Shown one piece after another: positions 40,365-56,967 of a stretch of 64,000 bases of DNA. Position 1 is the stretch's first letter. The number at the start of each line of letters is the position of its first letter. The stretch spans positions 167,028,001 to 167,092,000 of the forward strand of contig OZ024740.1 in NCBI GenBank assembly GCA_964016885.1, written 5' to 3'. The notes under the pieces are model-generated. The model was not told the origin of the DNA, made no database searches, and worked only from the letters and a program-made list of their open reading frames with translations. The translations under genes were made by a program, and so were the position numbers. The DNA comes from Eledone cirrhosa. Its lineage: Eukaryota.

Positions 40365-43300
40365 ATGACCTTACTCAGAATAGGCAGCATAAATGCGCGT
40401 GGCCTGGGGTCGTCATGGAAGCAGGGCCACCTGCTCAACGACCTCAGGTCACTAAACATAGATGTGGTGGCCATGAGCGAGACCAGAATCCCCGAAGCAC
40501 TAGCCTTCGCACCGATCTTCGGCAGCTACGATTATACGCATCCCCAGCCGTCATGCATCGGGGGAAGGATTTGCTGTGCTTTTTCGGAGAGGCTTGGATC
40601 TCGCCATACGCGCCATCTTCCTGGACCCAGAAGGTAAGTTGGTGGTGCTGGACGTGACCAGCGAAGAAAGGTAAGCTTTCAGGCTAGTGGCTGTCTATGC
40701 CCAGACAGGAGCAGGGCGGCCTGACTTCTTCCAGCGTCTGCATACCTTTCTTGGAACGGCCCGCTTTTAGTGTTAGTGGGCGACTGGAACGGGATCTTAG
40801 ATACACACTGGGATTGTGTGGGATTAGCGGATAAAGGAGGAGAGTGTAAAAGCATCGCAAACCTGCTCAGACGGTTTCAACTGTCTGATAGGTACTGTCT
40901 AGATTTCCCGAATGTACCAATGTGGACATGGACAAACCGCATCGGGTCATCGAGATCATATCTAGATAGGGTATTTTGTAGGGAAATAGATAGGTCTAGC
41001 ATAGTCTGTCAACAATTCAAAATAGTCGACTACACAGACCACAAATTTGTGATATGTGAGTTAGACTTAGATAGGTCCATAGACAGGGATCCGGCTACTA
41101 GAAGCTAAACGCGTCGTTAACAGCGCGCAAGGCCTACAGAGACCGGATTAGTGAACTAGTTAAGAGGGCGTTCACAGGGGCCATTCACAACAACAAATGG
41201 TGGTTTGCTCTGAAAAGAGCAATTAGAATAGAGTCCATTAGGTTTAGTAAGGCGTTAGCATTAGAGAAAAATAGAGCAGAGGGAGAACTAGTTAGAAAAT
41301 TAGACGAGGCGCTTAGTAAAGGCATCGCAACAACGTGCTTGCGGCGAAATTATCCCTCGACCAATTCTTCAATGCAAAGCACGATGGCTGCGTTTTCAAA
41401 GCTAGGGTGCGTGCTCTCAATGGAGCTGAGTGGCGGAGGCACGTCGTGTCAAAAACCCCCCAAAAATCCGGTCTTTGGTGGACCACGGCGAGCGCATGCT
41501 ACTTGATCCCGGGCAAATGTGTGAAGCTTTTTCAGCGACACTTCACCCAGCTCTTCGTGGGCAGCACGGGCCGGATCGCGGGATGGATTTTAGTGCCTAC
41601 ATCGACGGACTGGCGCGGCACTCGGCCACTGAGGCGGAGTGTTGCGAAAAGCCGATAACAGCCGCTGAAGCACGGGAGGCAATGAGTGGCTGCACAATGG
41701 GTAAATCGCCCGGTTTGGATGGTCTGCCCTATGAACTTTACGTACACATGCCTGACTTGTTCGGAGACCTCTTGGCGGACGTCTACTGCAAGTGGCAACA
41801 GAACGGAGAATTCCCAGCTCTGTGAGACGAGGAACGGTGGCGATGCTGAGAAAGGATCCGAACAATGGAGATAACATAGATAATTTCAGGACCATAACTC
41901 CGCTAAACGCAGAGTTCAAAATTTTGGCCAAGGTGCTAGCAAAGAGGTTGGCGATTGTCGTTGGTGGTATGGTGGGAGAGGCGCAAACATGCGCCATCCC
42001 CGACAGATCCATCAACAACAACCTCCACCTCATCGTGGAGAGCGTAGCTAGGGAACCTGGCACGGGTGGGTCCTTGATCAATTTAGATCAGTCGAAAGTT
42101 TTTGATAAGTTAGACCTTCGTTATATGGCGGCAGTCCTGAGGGCGGCTGTCTTTGGGCCCGTTTCAGAGGCTGGATCTCTGCCATGCACAGCGACATCTG
42201 CTCTGTGGTGAGAGTGAATGGTTACCTTTCCGAACCGTTCAACATCATGCGCTCGGTCCGCCAAGGATATCCCCTCTCGTCCCTGTTGTACGTATTGACT
42301 CTCGGGCCATTACTGCACAAACTGGAGAGTTGAAGGGGGGGGGGGTCCGTGCGAACTAGGATGCAGAAGATCCCTGTCAGCATATGCAGACGATATCACC
42401 GTAGTGGTGTCGAACGCCAAACACATCGAGGCGATCAGCACTACACTAATAGAATACGAGGCGGTGACAGGAGCAATGATCAACCAGGAAACGTCGGTGA
42501 GCCTGCAGCTCGGCACCTGGAGAGACAGGTCCATGACATCCAACAGCGTTGTCGAGGGCTGGAAGGACGGACCTGTTAAATTGCTAGGGGTCTGATCGGT
42601 CCAGAACTCCAGACGGAAAAAAGCTGGGCGAAGTGACGATCTGGGTAGCTTCTCTCATCCAGAGAGAAAGCTATGGCTGAAAGGTCGAGCGGAGGGGTCG
42701 AATGCGTACATCGCGTCCGACATCTACTACCGCCAGACCACCGTGCCTTATCCTATGCATCGCCTGACTGTGCTGGAACGTTTTCTCTTTCGCTTTTTGT
42801 GTAAGGGACGCGCTCCGATGGTCAGGCGATTCATCTGCTGTCAACACCCGCTACGTGGAGGGCTGGGCATGCCTTGGCTGATGATGCGCAGACACGCGCT
42901 CAGGCTACGGCATCTCAAGCTGTTCCTCGACGGTGATCAGGTGTGGTCACCGTTTGCTAGGCGCGTGTTTCCCCAGCTGGTCTCATTGACGGAGCTGCAG
43001 TCCTGGGTCGAACCAAGACAGAGAGGGAGCGCTTTGAGACTGGAATGACTTCAGGCTGTCACGGCCCTCGACCAGTCGGCCAATGCGATCAGTGAAAACT
43101 CCCCCTCGGCGTTCTATAGATGATTAGTGGAGGGGAAGAGAGAGGACGTACAAGGTGAGACTCTGGGCGACGACGAAAATCAACTAGCCAATCTGTTCGG
43201 AAGAACTTTCGGGCCGGGGCCTATGGACAACTTCCAGAAATCCCTGGCCTGGCAGTGCTACCGAGGAGCTTTGCCAGTTCGGGATACACTCTACAGGCAT

Positions 43301-43702
43301 GGAAGTGCCATCAGCAGGGCGACGAAACCGTCCTACACGCACTCGTCCAGTGTCCGAGCATTGCTGACTTGTGGGTTTATGTCGAAGACCTGCTGTCACG
43401 TGTAGGACGGATCCGGCTATCAGCTGAGTCCATCGTGATGATTGCCCCGCCCTCTTCCTTTAGCCGGGATTGGGCAGGCAATTTTTATCTGTCTGGTGGT
43501 CATGGCGAAAGAGATAATATGGTGGACGTGTCTGAAAGGGCTGAAGACGAGTAGTTACCTCTTCGGTGAAGCCCTGATTAACTTTTTCAAATTTCATTTG
43601 AAAGGGAAAATCAGGGTAGAGAGGGAAGTGCTCTCTTCCCAGCATTTTGTTGAAAGATGGGTGAGAGAGGTAAAGTACTCTGAGTATGCGCTTGTAAATT
43701 GA
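40365..43702 (+). pseudogene. L1/Tx1 ORF2 (APE, RT, C-terminal Cys/His motif), multiply disrupted
   Basis: GSINARGL, SET, GDWN, SYLDR, TDH, SPGLDGLPYE, FRTITPLNAEFKILAK, LDQSKVFD, RQGYPLS, AYADD and ETVLHALVQC. Confidence 0.92.
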
Positions 43703-43989
43703 AGGTGGAAAATTAGGAGAAGGCACTTGCCCTGATGGTCAGGGTCACCGTGGCTTTTTTAATGGGCTTTCTCCACGAATGTCCCTCGGAAGTCTCCCCC
43801 CATATTGGGGAATTTTTCATTGTTTCTTTTTTTGTTATATCCTCTGTTTTTTTTTGTTTTTTTACATTAGAACTGCCCATTTGTACCGTCCCATATTGTC
43901 CTGTATTCTCCTTAATGTTTTATTTTGTGTAAAACCTTGTGGTTAATAAAGAAAGAATTATTATCCTTATTATTATTATTATTGTTATT

Positions 43990-44270
43990 AGGTCTGACGC
44001 CATGCTTTGCAGCAAAGAATTACGGCCCTTTATGGTCTGAGTTCAAATCCCGCCGAGGTTAACTTTGCCTTTCATCCTTACGGGGTCGATAAAATAAAGT
44101 ACCAGTAATACACTGGGGTAATTGCTGGCCTTGTGCAAACAGTAGAAATAATTATTATTATTATGAGTTCAAATCACGCTGAGGTTAACTTTGCCTTTCA
44201 GGGTCGATAAACTAAAGTACCAGCAATGCACTGGGATAATTGCGGGCCTTGTGCCAAAAGTAGAAATAAT
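43990..44270 (+). mobile_element. tRNA-derived SINE plus a partial second copy
   Basis: B-box GAGTTCAAATCC, body CTTTGCCTTTCATCC..GGGGTCGATAAAATAAAGTACCAG and ATT tail. Related fragments at 61320-61410 and 62581-62710. Confidence 0.8.
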
Positions 44271-44844
44271 CATCCTTTTTGATGTTCAGTTTACAAAAAC
44301 CTGTTTATAAAGACCTCCGTAAGTTTTGTTGATTTCCAAATGTTTACATAACATTCATTATTATATATTTATCACACACTATATAAAGGACGCCATACAG
44401 TGCCCTCTGAGAAGGAAATCCCATAGAATTTAAGTATTTCTGAAGTCCCTTCCCAACTATTTTAGGGTACATAGATCCCTCTATATGTTGTTATCGTTTC
44501 TTTCCGTCCCTATGCCATTCCTCTTAACTGCTTTCTTTCTGGGTAGCACCTCAACCGAGCTTTAATGGGGGATATGTTGTGTTGTACGACAGGTGTGTCT
44601 ATGAGTTGGTGTTTATTCATGATGTCTTTTGGTCAGATCTTTGTGTCAAATATTCAGCATTTTCAAACACCTTGTCTTGTTGTATCAACATGAAAATTAC
44701 ATTTAAGGGTACACATCTCTGGATGTGCAATATTCATCCTTGTCAGACAATGTGTCTTACTAAATCTACGTGGGAATTATAATATATATATATATACGTA
44801 TATATATGTATATATATATACGTATATATATATATATATATACG

Positions 44845-44885
<41 letters not shown>

Positions 44886-44886
44886 G

Positions 44887-44918
<32 letters not shown>

Positions 44919-44939
44919 CGTATATATATATATACATAT

Positions 44940-45005
<66 letters not shown>

Positions 45006-45022
45006 CGTATATATATATATAC

Positions 45023-45097
<75 letters not shown>

Positions 45098-45118
45098 CGT
45101 ATACGTATATATATATAC

Positions 45119-45150
<32 letters not shown>

Positions 45151-45290
45151 GTATATATATATATACGTATATATATATATACGTATATATATATATACGT
45201 ATATATATATATACGTATATATATATATACGTATATATATATATATATATACGTATATATATACGTATATATATACGTATATATATATAC

Positions 45291-45360
<70 letters not shown>

Positions 45361-45482
45361 GTATATATATATACGTATATATATATATATATATACGTAT
45401 ATATATACGTTTATATATACGTATATATATATATATATACGTATATATATTTATATATATACGTATATATATACTTATATAA

Positions 45483-46310
45483 ATTAATAAAATAATGAAT
45501 AAACAAAGAAACAGTTCCTTATATTAAAAAAAATTCATCATTTTACGATCGTTTCTAGGATGTATATGTGTTAGAGTTGGTATGCATATTCTATAGATCT
45601 ATGTACAATATTTATACAAACTATCAGAGGGAATATACATACCTACACATATATATGCTGTCTTCAGAAATAATATTTGTTTATTGAAAAAAACAAAGAT
45701 TCAATACAACAGGTCTGTTTGGGAACAGGTTTTGAATTGACCAATAGATAGATAGTGAGGGTCAGGATAGAAATAAATATAGTAGTAGAAGAACCTAAAA
45801 TTATGGGTAGAGGAAGGTAGATTTCAGTTTTGGATGGAAAAGAATATTATGAATGAAGGATTATTTTAGGGAAGAAATAGGTCTTATGCTGACCTCAGAA
45901 ATAATTTTATTTTTTCATTGAATAAAACCAACAAAGATCTAATATATTCTGTCTGTTGGTAAGAGGTTCAGAATTAACCAATAGAAAGTTAATAATTGGC
46001 CAAATGGTAAAATAGTAGTAATTGAAGCTTATTTTAGGGGTGAAAAAGTCGGGTGGTCAGTAAAAGGTATACAAGCAGTTGCTGTTATGAAATAGTAATG
46101 CCAATACAAATATCTAAGGTGACTAAAGTTGTAAGATAAGAATGTTAGTGAAAAAAATACATCTATGAAAATAATATAAATTAATTTAATTGATGGGTAT
46201 ATTTATATTGATAAAATTATACTAATACATATAGATATGATAAATAAGAGTTAGATGCAGTTGAAAAGAGCTGTTGAAGATGAGGGTAAATTAAAAGAAT
46301 ATAAAAATAA
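45483..46310 (-). mobile_element. PLE 3' UTR fragment with long-stem HHR at 45539-45673
   Basis: Diverged homolog of 7942-8366 that retains CTGAAGA...GAAA-CGATCG-TA. Confidence 0.75.
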
Positions 46311-46365
46311 TATATATATATATATATACTTATACATATATATATATATACATATATATACACAT

Positions 46366-46419
<54 letters not shown>

Positions 46420-46532
46420 CACTTATATATATACATATATATACATATATTACACATACACGCACACACATACACACATATATACATATACATATACATA
46501 TATTATACACACATATATATATATATATATAT

Positions 46533-46732
46533 ACGTAGGTCCCGGGTTGAGTCGGGGATAACCACAGTAAGTAAGGTACTCAATACATGGCAGAGTAAAT
46601 TTTTTTTATTTTATAGAAGGAGCTTCTACAGGACTAGTACTGTTTCATTCAGCTGAAATATTCAGCTTCCTGAAGATTTCATCTGAATGAAACAGTACTA
46701 GTCCTGTAGGAGCTCCTTCTATAAAATAAAAT

Positions 46733-46737
<5 letters not shown>
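46533..46737 (-). mobile_element. Mini inverted PLE end with tail; HHR at 46664-46714 (+)
   Basis: AGCTTC-CTGAAGA-TTTC ATCT GAAT-GAAA-CAG TACTAGTC CTG-TA-GGAGCT. The tail is homologous to 7423-7491. Confidence 0.85.
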
Positions 46738-46772
<35 letters not shown>

Positions 46773-46844
46773 GATATATACATGCATATATACATACATA
46801 CACATACATATACACACACATATACACTTATATATAAATATAAT

Positions 46845-47622
<778 letters not shown>

Positions 47623-47838
47623 GTATATATATATAGATATAGATATATAGATATATACGTATATATATATATATATATACACGTATATATATATATATAT
47701 ATATAAATATATACATATGTATATATATATATATACGTATATATATATATATATACGTGTATATATATATATACGTATATATATATACGTATATATATAT
47801 ATATATACGTGTATATATATATACCTTATATACATATA

Positions 47839-47870
<32 letters not shown>

Positions 47871-48008
47871 CGTATATATATATATATACACGTATATATA
47901 TATATATATAAATATATACATATGTATATATATATATATATATATATACGTATATATATATACGTGTATATATATATATACGTATATATATATACCTTAT
48001 ATATACAC

Positions 48009-48041
<33 letters not shown>

Positions 48042-48084
48042 CGTATATATATATATATATATATATACGTATATATATATACCT

Positions 48085-48138
<54 letters not shown>

Positions 48139-48193
48139 CGTATATATATATATAAATAAATATATATACGTATATATATACCTTATATATACA

Positions 48194-48225
<32 letters not shown>

Positions 48226-48226
48226 C

Positions 48227-48268
<42 letters not shown>

Positions 48269-48292
48269 GTATATATATATATATATATATAC

Positions 48293-48330
<38 letters not shown>

Positions 48331-48347
48331 GTATATATATATATACG

Positions 48348-48380
<33 letters not shown>

Positions 48381-48430
48381 ACGTATATACGTATATATAT
48401 ATATATATATACGTATATATATATATATAC

Positions 48431-48520
<90 letters not shown>

Positions 48521-48573
48521 GTATATATATATATATATATATATACGTATATATATATACGTATATATATATC

Positions 48574-48654
<81 letters not shown>

Positions 48655-48699
48655 GTATATATATATATATATATATATATACGTATATATATATACGTA

Positions 48700-48838
<139 letters not shown>

Positions 48839-48851
48839 ATATATATACATA

Positions 48852-48883
<32 letters not shown>

Positions 48884-48902
48884 CGTATATATATATATAT
48901 AC

Positions 48903-48944
<42 letters not shown>

Positions 48945-49007
48945 GTATATATATATATATATATATATATACGTATATATATATACGTATATATATATAT
49001 ATACATA

Positions 49008-49045
<38 letters not shown>

Positions 49046-49061
49046 GTATATATATATACGT

Positions 49062-49172
<111 letters not shown>

Positions 49173-49432
49173 GTATATATATATATACGTATATATATAT
49201 ATATATACGTATATATATATATATATATACGTATATATATATGTATATATATATATACGTATATATATATATATATACGTATATATATATGTATATATAT
49301 ATATACGTATATATATATATACGTATATATATATATATATATATATATACGTATATATATATATATATATATATACGTATATATATATATACATATATAT
49401 ATACGTATATATATATACATATATATATATAC

Positions 49433-49513
<81 letters not shown>

Positions 49514-49552
49514 GTTAAATAAAAGTCAAATGATTATGTATGTATACGTACA

Positions 49553-51035
49553 TACGTATACATGCATACTTACATTTAAGTAAGTGCCATACTAAGAGTG
49601 AGAAATGAAATTTCGTTTTCATTTTGTTTCAATTTATCGTTTTCGGTATGCCTGACCGATTTAACTCACTCAATATGCAAATTAGGCTGCTCAGCCGTTA
49701 ATTTTCATAAGGAAAGTATATACTTTCGAACGTTCAACTATCTGGCAGATGGGTAAACGGTGCTGATGATAGCTAACAAGCTTGAAACTAGTACATTGTT
49801 CCTGTGTCAGTGTTGAACAAAAAGGTGACGTGGTTGCCTTAACACCGTATGGCATAAATTCAGGCTGTTCAGTTTGTTTACAAACGAACAAAGCGACGTT
49901 AGCGCCGCTAAACTGATACGTGCATATATGTATGTGTACCTGTATGCATATGTATATATATATGTATATATATATATATATGTGCATGCTACTGTACGTC
50001 TGTATACATATATGTATGTACGTATACATGCATACTTACATTTAAGTAAGTGCCATACTAAGAGTGAGAAATGAAATTTCGTTTTCATTTTGTTTCAATT
50101 TATCGTTTTCGGTATGCCTGACCGATTTAACTCACTCAATATGCAAATTAGGCTGCTCAGCCGTTTAATTTTCATAAGGAAAGTATATACTTTCGAACGT
50201 TCAACTATCTGGCTAATGGGTAAACGGTGCTGATGATAGCTAACAAGCTTGAAACTAGTACATCGTTCCTGTGTCAGTGTTGAACAAAAAGGTGACGTGG
50301 TTGCCTTAACACCGTATGGCATAAATTCAGGCTGTTAAGCTTGTTTACAAACGAACAAAGCGACGTTAGCGCCGCTAAACTGATACGTGCATATATGTAT
50401 GTGTACCTGTATGCATATGTATATATATATGTATATATATATATATATGTGCATGCTACTGTACGTCTGTATACATATATGTATGTACGTATACATGCAT
50501 ACTTACATTTAAGTAAGTGCCATACTAAGAGTGAGAAATGAAATTTCGTTTTCATTTTGTTTCAATTTATCGTTTTCGGTATGCCTGACCGATTTAACTC
50601 ACTCAATATGCAAATTAGGCTGCTCAGCCGTTAATTTTCATAAGGAAAGTATATACTTTCGAACTTTCAACTATCTGGCAGATGGGTAACGGTGCTGATG
50701 ATAGCTAACAAGCTTGAAAACTAGTACATCGTTCCTGTGTCAGTGTTGAACAAAAAGGTGACGTGGTTGCCTTAACACCGTATGGCATAAATTCAGGCTG
50801 TTCAGTTTGTTTACAAACGAACAAAGCGACGTTAGATCCGCTAAACTGATACGTGCATATATGTATGTGTACCTGTATGCATATGTATATATATATGTAT
50901 ATATATATATATATGTGCATGCTACTGTACGTCTGTATACATATATGTATGTACGTATACATGCATACTTACATTTAAGTAAGTGCCATACTAAGAGTGA
51001 GAAATGAAATTTCGTTTTCATTTTGTTTCAATTTA
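49553..51035 (+). mobile_element. Non-LTR retrozyme-like array, 466-467-bp unit x ~3.2, one HHR per unit
   Basis: CATGCATACT recurs at 49561, 50027, 50494 and 50960. The unit has no credible ORF and the array is flanked by TA. Confidence 0.92.
50223..50267 (+). ncRNA. Minimal type I hammerhead ribozyme (copies at 49756-49800 and 50688-50733)
   Basis: AACGGTG-CTGATGA-TAGCT AACA AGCTT-GAAA-CTAG-TA-CATCGTT, with palindromic ACTAGT and a GUA site. Confidence 0.92.
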
Positions 51036-51344
51036 GATAGATATATATATACGTATATATATATATATATATATACGTATATATATATATATATACGTAT
51101 ATATATATGTATATATATATATATACGTATATATATATATATATATACGTATATATATATATACGTATATATATATATATATATATACGTATATATATAT
51201 ATATATACGTATATATATATGTATATATATATATATACGTATATATATATATATATATACGTATATATATATATACGTATATATATATATATATACTATA
51301 TATATATATATATATAATATATATATACGTATATATATATATAC

Positions 51345-51378
<34 letters not shown>

Positions 51379-51395
51379 GTATATATATATATACG

Positions 51396-51445
<50 letters not shown>

Positions 51446-51506
51446 CGTATATATATATATATATATATATACATATATATACGTATATATATATATATAT
51501 ATATAC

Positions 51507-51589
<83 letters not shown>

Positions 51590-51591
51590 CG

Positions 51592-51623
<32 letters not shown>

Positions 51624-51624
51624 C

Positions 51625-51709
<85 letters not shown>

Positions 51710-51710
51710 C

Positions 51711-51753
<43 letters not shown>

Positions 51754-51802
51754 ACGTATATATATATATAATATATATATTATATTAATGTATATATATA
51801 CG

Positions 51803-51845
<43 letters not shown>

Positions 51846-51848
51846 ACG

Positions 51849-51880
<32 letters not shown>

Positions 51881-51928
51881 ATATATATACACGTATATAT
51901 ATATACGTATATATATATATATATATAC

Positions 51929-51972
<44 letters not shown>

Positions 51973-52199
51973 CTATATATATACGTATATATATATATAT
52001 ACGTATACGTATAGATATATATACGTATATATATATATATATATACGTATATATATATATATATACGTATATATATATATATACGTATATATACATATAC
52101 GTATATATACATATATATATATATAACGTAGATATATATACTTATATATATATATATATATATACGTATATATATATATATACGTATATATATATATAC

Positions 52200-52231
<32 letters not shown>

Positions 52232-52285
52232 GTATATATATATATATATATATATACGTATATATATATATATATATATATATAC

Positions 52286-52329
<44 letters not shown>

Positions 52330-52355
52330 GTATATATATATATATATATATATAC

Positions 52356-52481
<126 letters not shown>

Positions 52482-52552
52482 GTATATATATATATATATA
52501 TATACACGTATATATATAATATATATATACGTATATATATATATATATATAC

Positions 52553-52598
<46 letters not shown>

Positions 52599-52617
52599 CG
52601 TATATATATATATATAC

Positions 52618-52660
<43 letters not shown>

Positions 52661-52677
52661 ATATCCGTATATATAAT

Positions 52678-53968
52678 ATATTAGATCAAAAGATGGTTAA
52701 ATGAGTTCCATGTATTTTATTATGCGCATTTCAAAAACAAATATCAATCATGCAATAACATTTGTGTTTTCATCAGATAAAATAGGAGGACATGATATGA
52801 AGGTTAAAAAACACTTGTGGATAGTGCAGTTTTAAATCAACGTATGAAAAGTAGTTTTAGATTGATGTGTGATATTGGGGAAAAAAATGTTGAGGGGGTG
52901 TGGTGGAAAGGATGAAAAATAGGAGGAGATGAGAGTAAAAAGTTGAGGGGGAGGAGTATAGTGAGGAAGGATGAGATAGGAGGAGAGATGGGTTATAGAG
53001 AGAGAGAGATAGCTTTTCTAACTGAGAAAAATATATTGTTTTACATAGAGAGGTTGAAAAAACCGTTGGAAGATAATGTATAAATTAAAAGAATTTGAAA
53101 ATTAACGAAGAGAAAAATAATGTAAAGTTAAGGTTTGTATATTGAAGGGTTTTAATAATATGTGCGATGAAAAGAAATTGTTAATATGTATTAAGAATAA
53201 TATTTAAGGGTTTAATAATATGTGCGATGGAAAGAAAATGTTAATATGTATTAAGAATAATATTTAAGTGTTTAATAATATGTGCGATGGAAAGAAAATG
53301 TTGATATGTATTATTAAAAAAACAGAAGTAATGTAAGTAAGGATATATTGTGAGATGAGCATGAATATGTTAGATGAAAGGGAGAAAAAAAATAATGAAT
53401 AGAGGATGAATAATCTAACGTCAAAAAATGTTTATGTTTACGAAGGATTTTTTCAAGGTGATATGAAGTAAGAATATGGTGTATTGTGTAATAATTGTTT
53501 CTATGTTAGGCACAGTGAGAAAAGGTACAGATTAGGGGTTAGAAATTAGGAGTGATGTAGAATATAATAAATATAATAAATAACTTTGAAATAAGGTAGA
53601 AAGATGGGTATATTTTTAAAGAAGTATATATATATATATATATATGTGCCTTTGAGAAAAGGATTCTGAACTGATAAAGTTTATCATATTAGCTGTATAC
53701 TTTATGGAAAGTTCTGTGGAATTTATGCAAGCAGATAGAAAGCAAGTCAGTGCGTCTATTTATTATAGAATCTAAATTAGAAATAATGGTAAATTTTTCA
53801 TTTAGACAGAGATTGCAAGTCTTGGATAGAGAACTGTTCAAGTATAAAGAAGCAGAGGAAACCTTGATCTTATATATTATGTATACTCCAGTCCTACAAA
53901 CTGTAGAGTGCTTCTTATTCGATATCTGCATTGCTTTATTGTACTACAAGAAAATTCACCTCCTACAT
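52678..53968 (-). mobile_element. Hydra-type PLE 3' fragment (EN C-terminus, UTR, HHR at 52713-52784) with inverted tail
   Basis: [26 protein letters not shown] at 53689-53860. The tail at 53864-53968 is on the + strand. Confidence 0.85.
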
Positions 53969-53973
53969 ATACG

Positions 53974-54048
<75 letters not shown>

Positions 54049-54068
54049 GTATATATATATATATATAC

Positions 54069-54120
<52 letters not shown>

Positions 54121-54140
54121 GTATATATCTATATCTATAC

Positions 54141-54180
<40 letters not shown>

Positions 54181-54181
54181 G

Positions 54182-54207
<26 letters not shown>

Positions 54208-54214
<7 letters not shown>

Positions 54215-56360
54215 AGATCAAATGATGGTTAAAGGAGTTCCATATATTTTATTATGCGCATTTCAAAAACAAACATCATCAAGCAATAATATTTGTGTTT
54301 TCATCAGATAAAACAGGAGAACATGATATGAAGGCTAAAAAACACTTGTGGATAGTGCAGTTTTAAATCAACATATGAAAAGTGGTTTTAGATTGATGTG
54401 TGATATTGGGAAAAATATTTTATTTAGAGAGGGGGGGGGGGAAGGATGAAAAGGGAAGGAGATGAGAAGGAGAGATGGGTGATAGAGAGAAAGAGATAGT
54501 TTTTATAACTGAGAGGAGATATATTTTTTACATAGAGAGGTTGAAAACCGTTGGAAGATACTGCATAAATTAAAAATTTTGAAAATTAACGAAGGGAGGA
54601 TATGTGCGAGGAAAAAATATTTTACTTAGGGAGGGGGGGGGAAAGGATGAAAAAAAGGGGGAGGAGATGAGAGTGAAGGTGGAGAGGGAGAGATGGGTGA
54701 TAGAGAGAAAGAGATAGTTTTTATAACTGAGAAAAAGATATATTGTTTTAATATAGAGAGGTTGGGAACTGTTGGAAGATAATGTATAAATTAAAGGAAT
54801 TTGAAAATTAACGAAGGGAAATTATGTATGAAGATAGAGAGAAAAAAATAATAATTGTGGGTGAATATTCTAACGTCAAAAGAAGAAATGTATGTATTGT
54901 GGCAATTTCAAAATTAGCGAAGAGAAAAATTGTTAAGGTTTGTGTGTAGAAGGATTTGAGAAAAATAATGTGAAGTTAAAGTTTGTATATTGATTGAATT
55001 GATAATATGTGCGAATAAATAGTTAATATGTATTAATAATGAGTTCGTTGATGGGGAGAAAAAAAAAAAAAATAAATAAATAATAATAATAATAAATTAA
55101 GGATGAAATTGAGATTAAAAAGATTTATGATAGAGAGAAAAAATAATAATGATTGCGGATGAATATTCAAAAGTCAAAAACAAAAACAAATGTTATGATT
55201 TTACGAGAAGATAGAATGAGGGTAATGAGTAAACGAGTATTATAGAGTGTACTATGCCCTTTAAAGTAAGGTAGATGGGTATATTTTAAAGAGGTGTATG
55301 TATATGTGCCTTTGAGAAAAGATTCTAAATTGATAAAGAATTGAATATTAACTGTATACTTTGTGAAAAGTTCTATGGAATTTATGCAGGCAGATTTTTT
55401 TTTTTTTTTTTTTTTTTTTTCTCCCCATCAACGAACTCATTATTAATACATATTAACTATTTATTCGCACATATTATCAATTCAATCAATATACAAACTT
55501 TAACTTCACATTATTTTTCTCAAATCCTTCTACACACAAACCTTAACAATTTTTCTCTTCGCTAATTTTGAAATTGCCACAATACATACATTTCTTCTTT
55601 TGACGTTAGAATATTCACCCACAATTATTATTTTTTTCTCTCTATCTTCATACATAATTTCCCTTCGTTAATTTTCAAATTCCTTTAATTTATACATTAT
55701 CTTCCAACAGTTCCCAACCTCTCTATATTAAAACAATATATCTTTTTCTCAGTTATAAAAACTATCTCTTTCTCTCTATCACCCATCTCTCCCTCTCCAC
55801 CTTCACTCTCATCTCCTCCCCCTTTTTTTCATCCTTTCCACCCCCCCCCCCTCCCTAAATAAAATATTTTTTCCTCGCACATATCCTCCCTTCGTTAATT
55901 TTCAAAATTTTTAATTTATGCAGTATCTTCCAACGGTTTTCAACCGCTCTATGTAAAAAATATATCTCCTCTCAGTTATAAAAACTATCTCTTTCTCTCT
56001 ATCACCCATCTCTCCCTCTCATCTCCTTCCCTTTTCATCCTTTCCCCCCCCCTCTCTAAATAAAATATTTTTCCCAATATCACACATCAATCTAAAACCA
56101 CTTTTCATATGTTGATTTAAAACTGCACTATCCACAAGTGTTTTTTAGCCTTCATATCATGTTCTCCTGTTTTATCTGATGAAAACACAAATATTATTGC
56201 TTGATGATGTTTGTTTTTGAAATGCGCATAATAAAATATATGGAACTCTTTTAACCATCTTTTGATCTTATATTATGCATACTCCAGTCCCACAAACTGT
56301 AGAGTGCTTCTTATCCGATATCTGCATTGCTTTATTGTACTACAATAAAACTCACCTCCT
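54208..56360. mobile_element. Large inverted pair of PLE 3' ends of the same family (~860-bp arms) plus tail
   Basis: 54208-~55070 is the reverse complement of ~55410-56276. HHRs at 54247-54313 (-) and 56170-56236 (+): TTTTAT-CTGATGA..GAAA-TGCGCA-TA-ATAAAA. Confidence 0.9.
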
Positions 56361-56380
56361 ATATATATATATATATATAC

Positions 56381-56422
<42 letters not shown>

Positions 56423-56451
56423 GTATATATATATATATATATATATACACG

Positions 56452-56482
<31 letters not shown>

Positions 56483-56548
56483 GTATATATATATCTATAC
56501 GTATATATATATATATATATATATATACGTATATATATATATCTATAC

Positions 56549-56759
<211 letters not shown>

Positions 56760-56760
56760 C

Positions 56761-56806
<46 letters not shown>

Positions 56807-56838
56807 GTATATATATATATATATTTATATATATATAC

Positions 56839-56967
<129 letters not shown>

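Larger units (their letters stand above)
38050..43956 (+). mobile_element. Apparently full-length decayed L1/Tx1-clade LINE in an (ATT)n tract
   Basis: ORF1 and ORF2 remnants, an AATAAA plus A-rich 3' end, and ATT repeats on both sides. Confidence 0.88.

Noticed and set aside
44400-44775. Faint GIY-YIG-like translation on the minus strand
   Set aside because: Too decayed to support without a profile search.
49691-51021. Repeated 66-112 aa ORFs in the 467-bp array
   Set aside because: They run through TA-rich tracts, are broken by indels between units and show no motifs.
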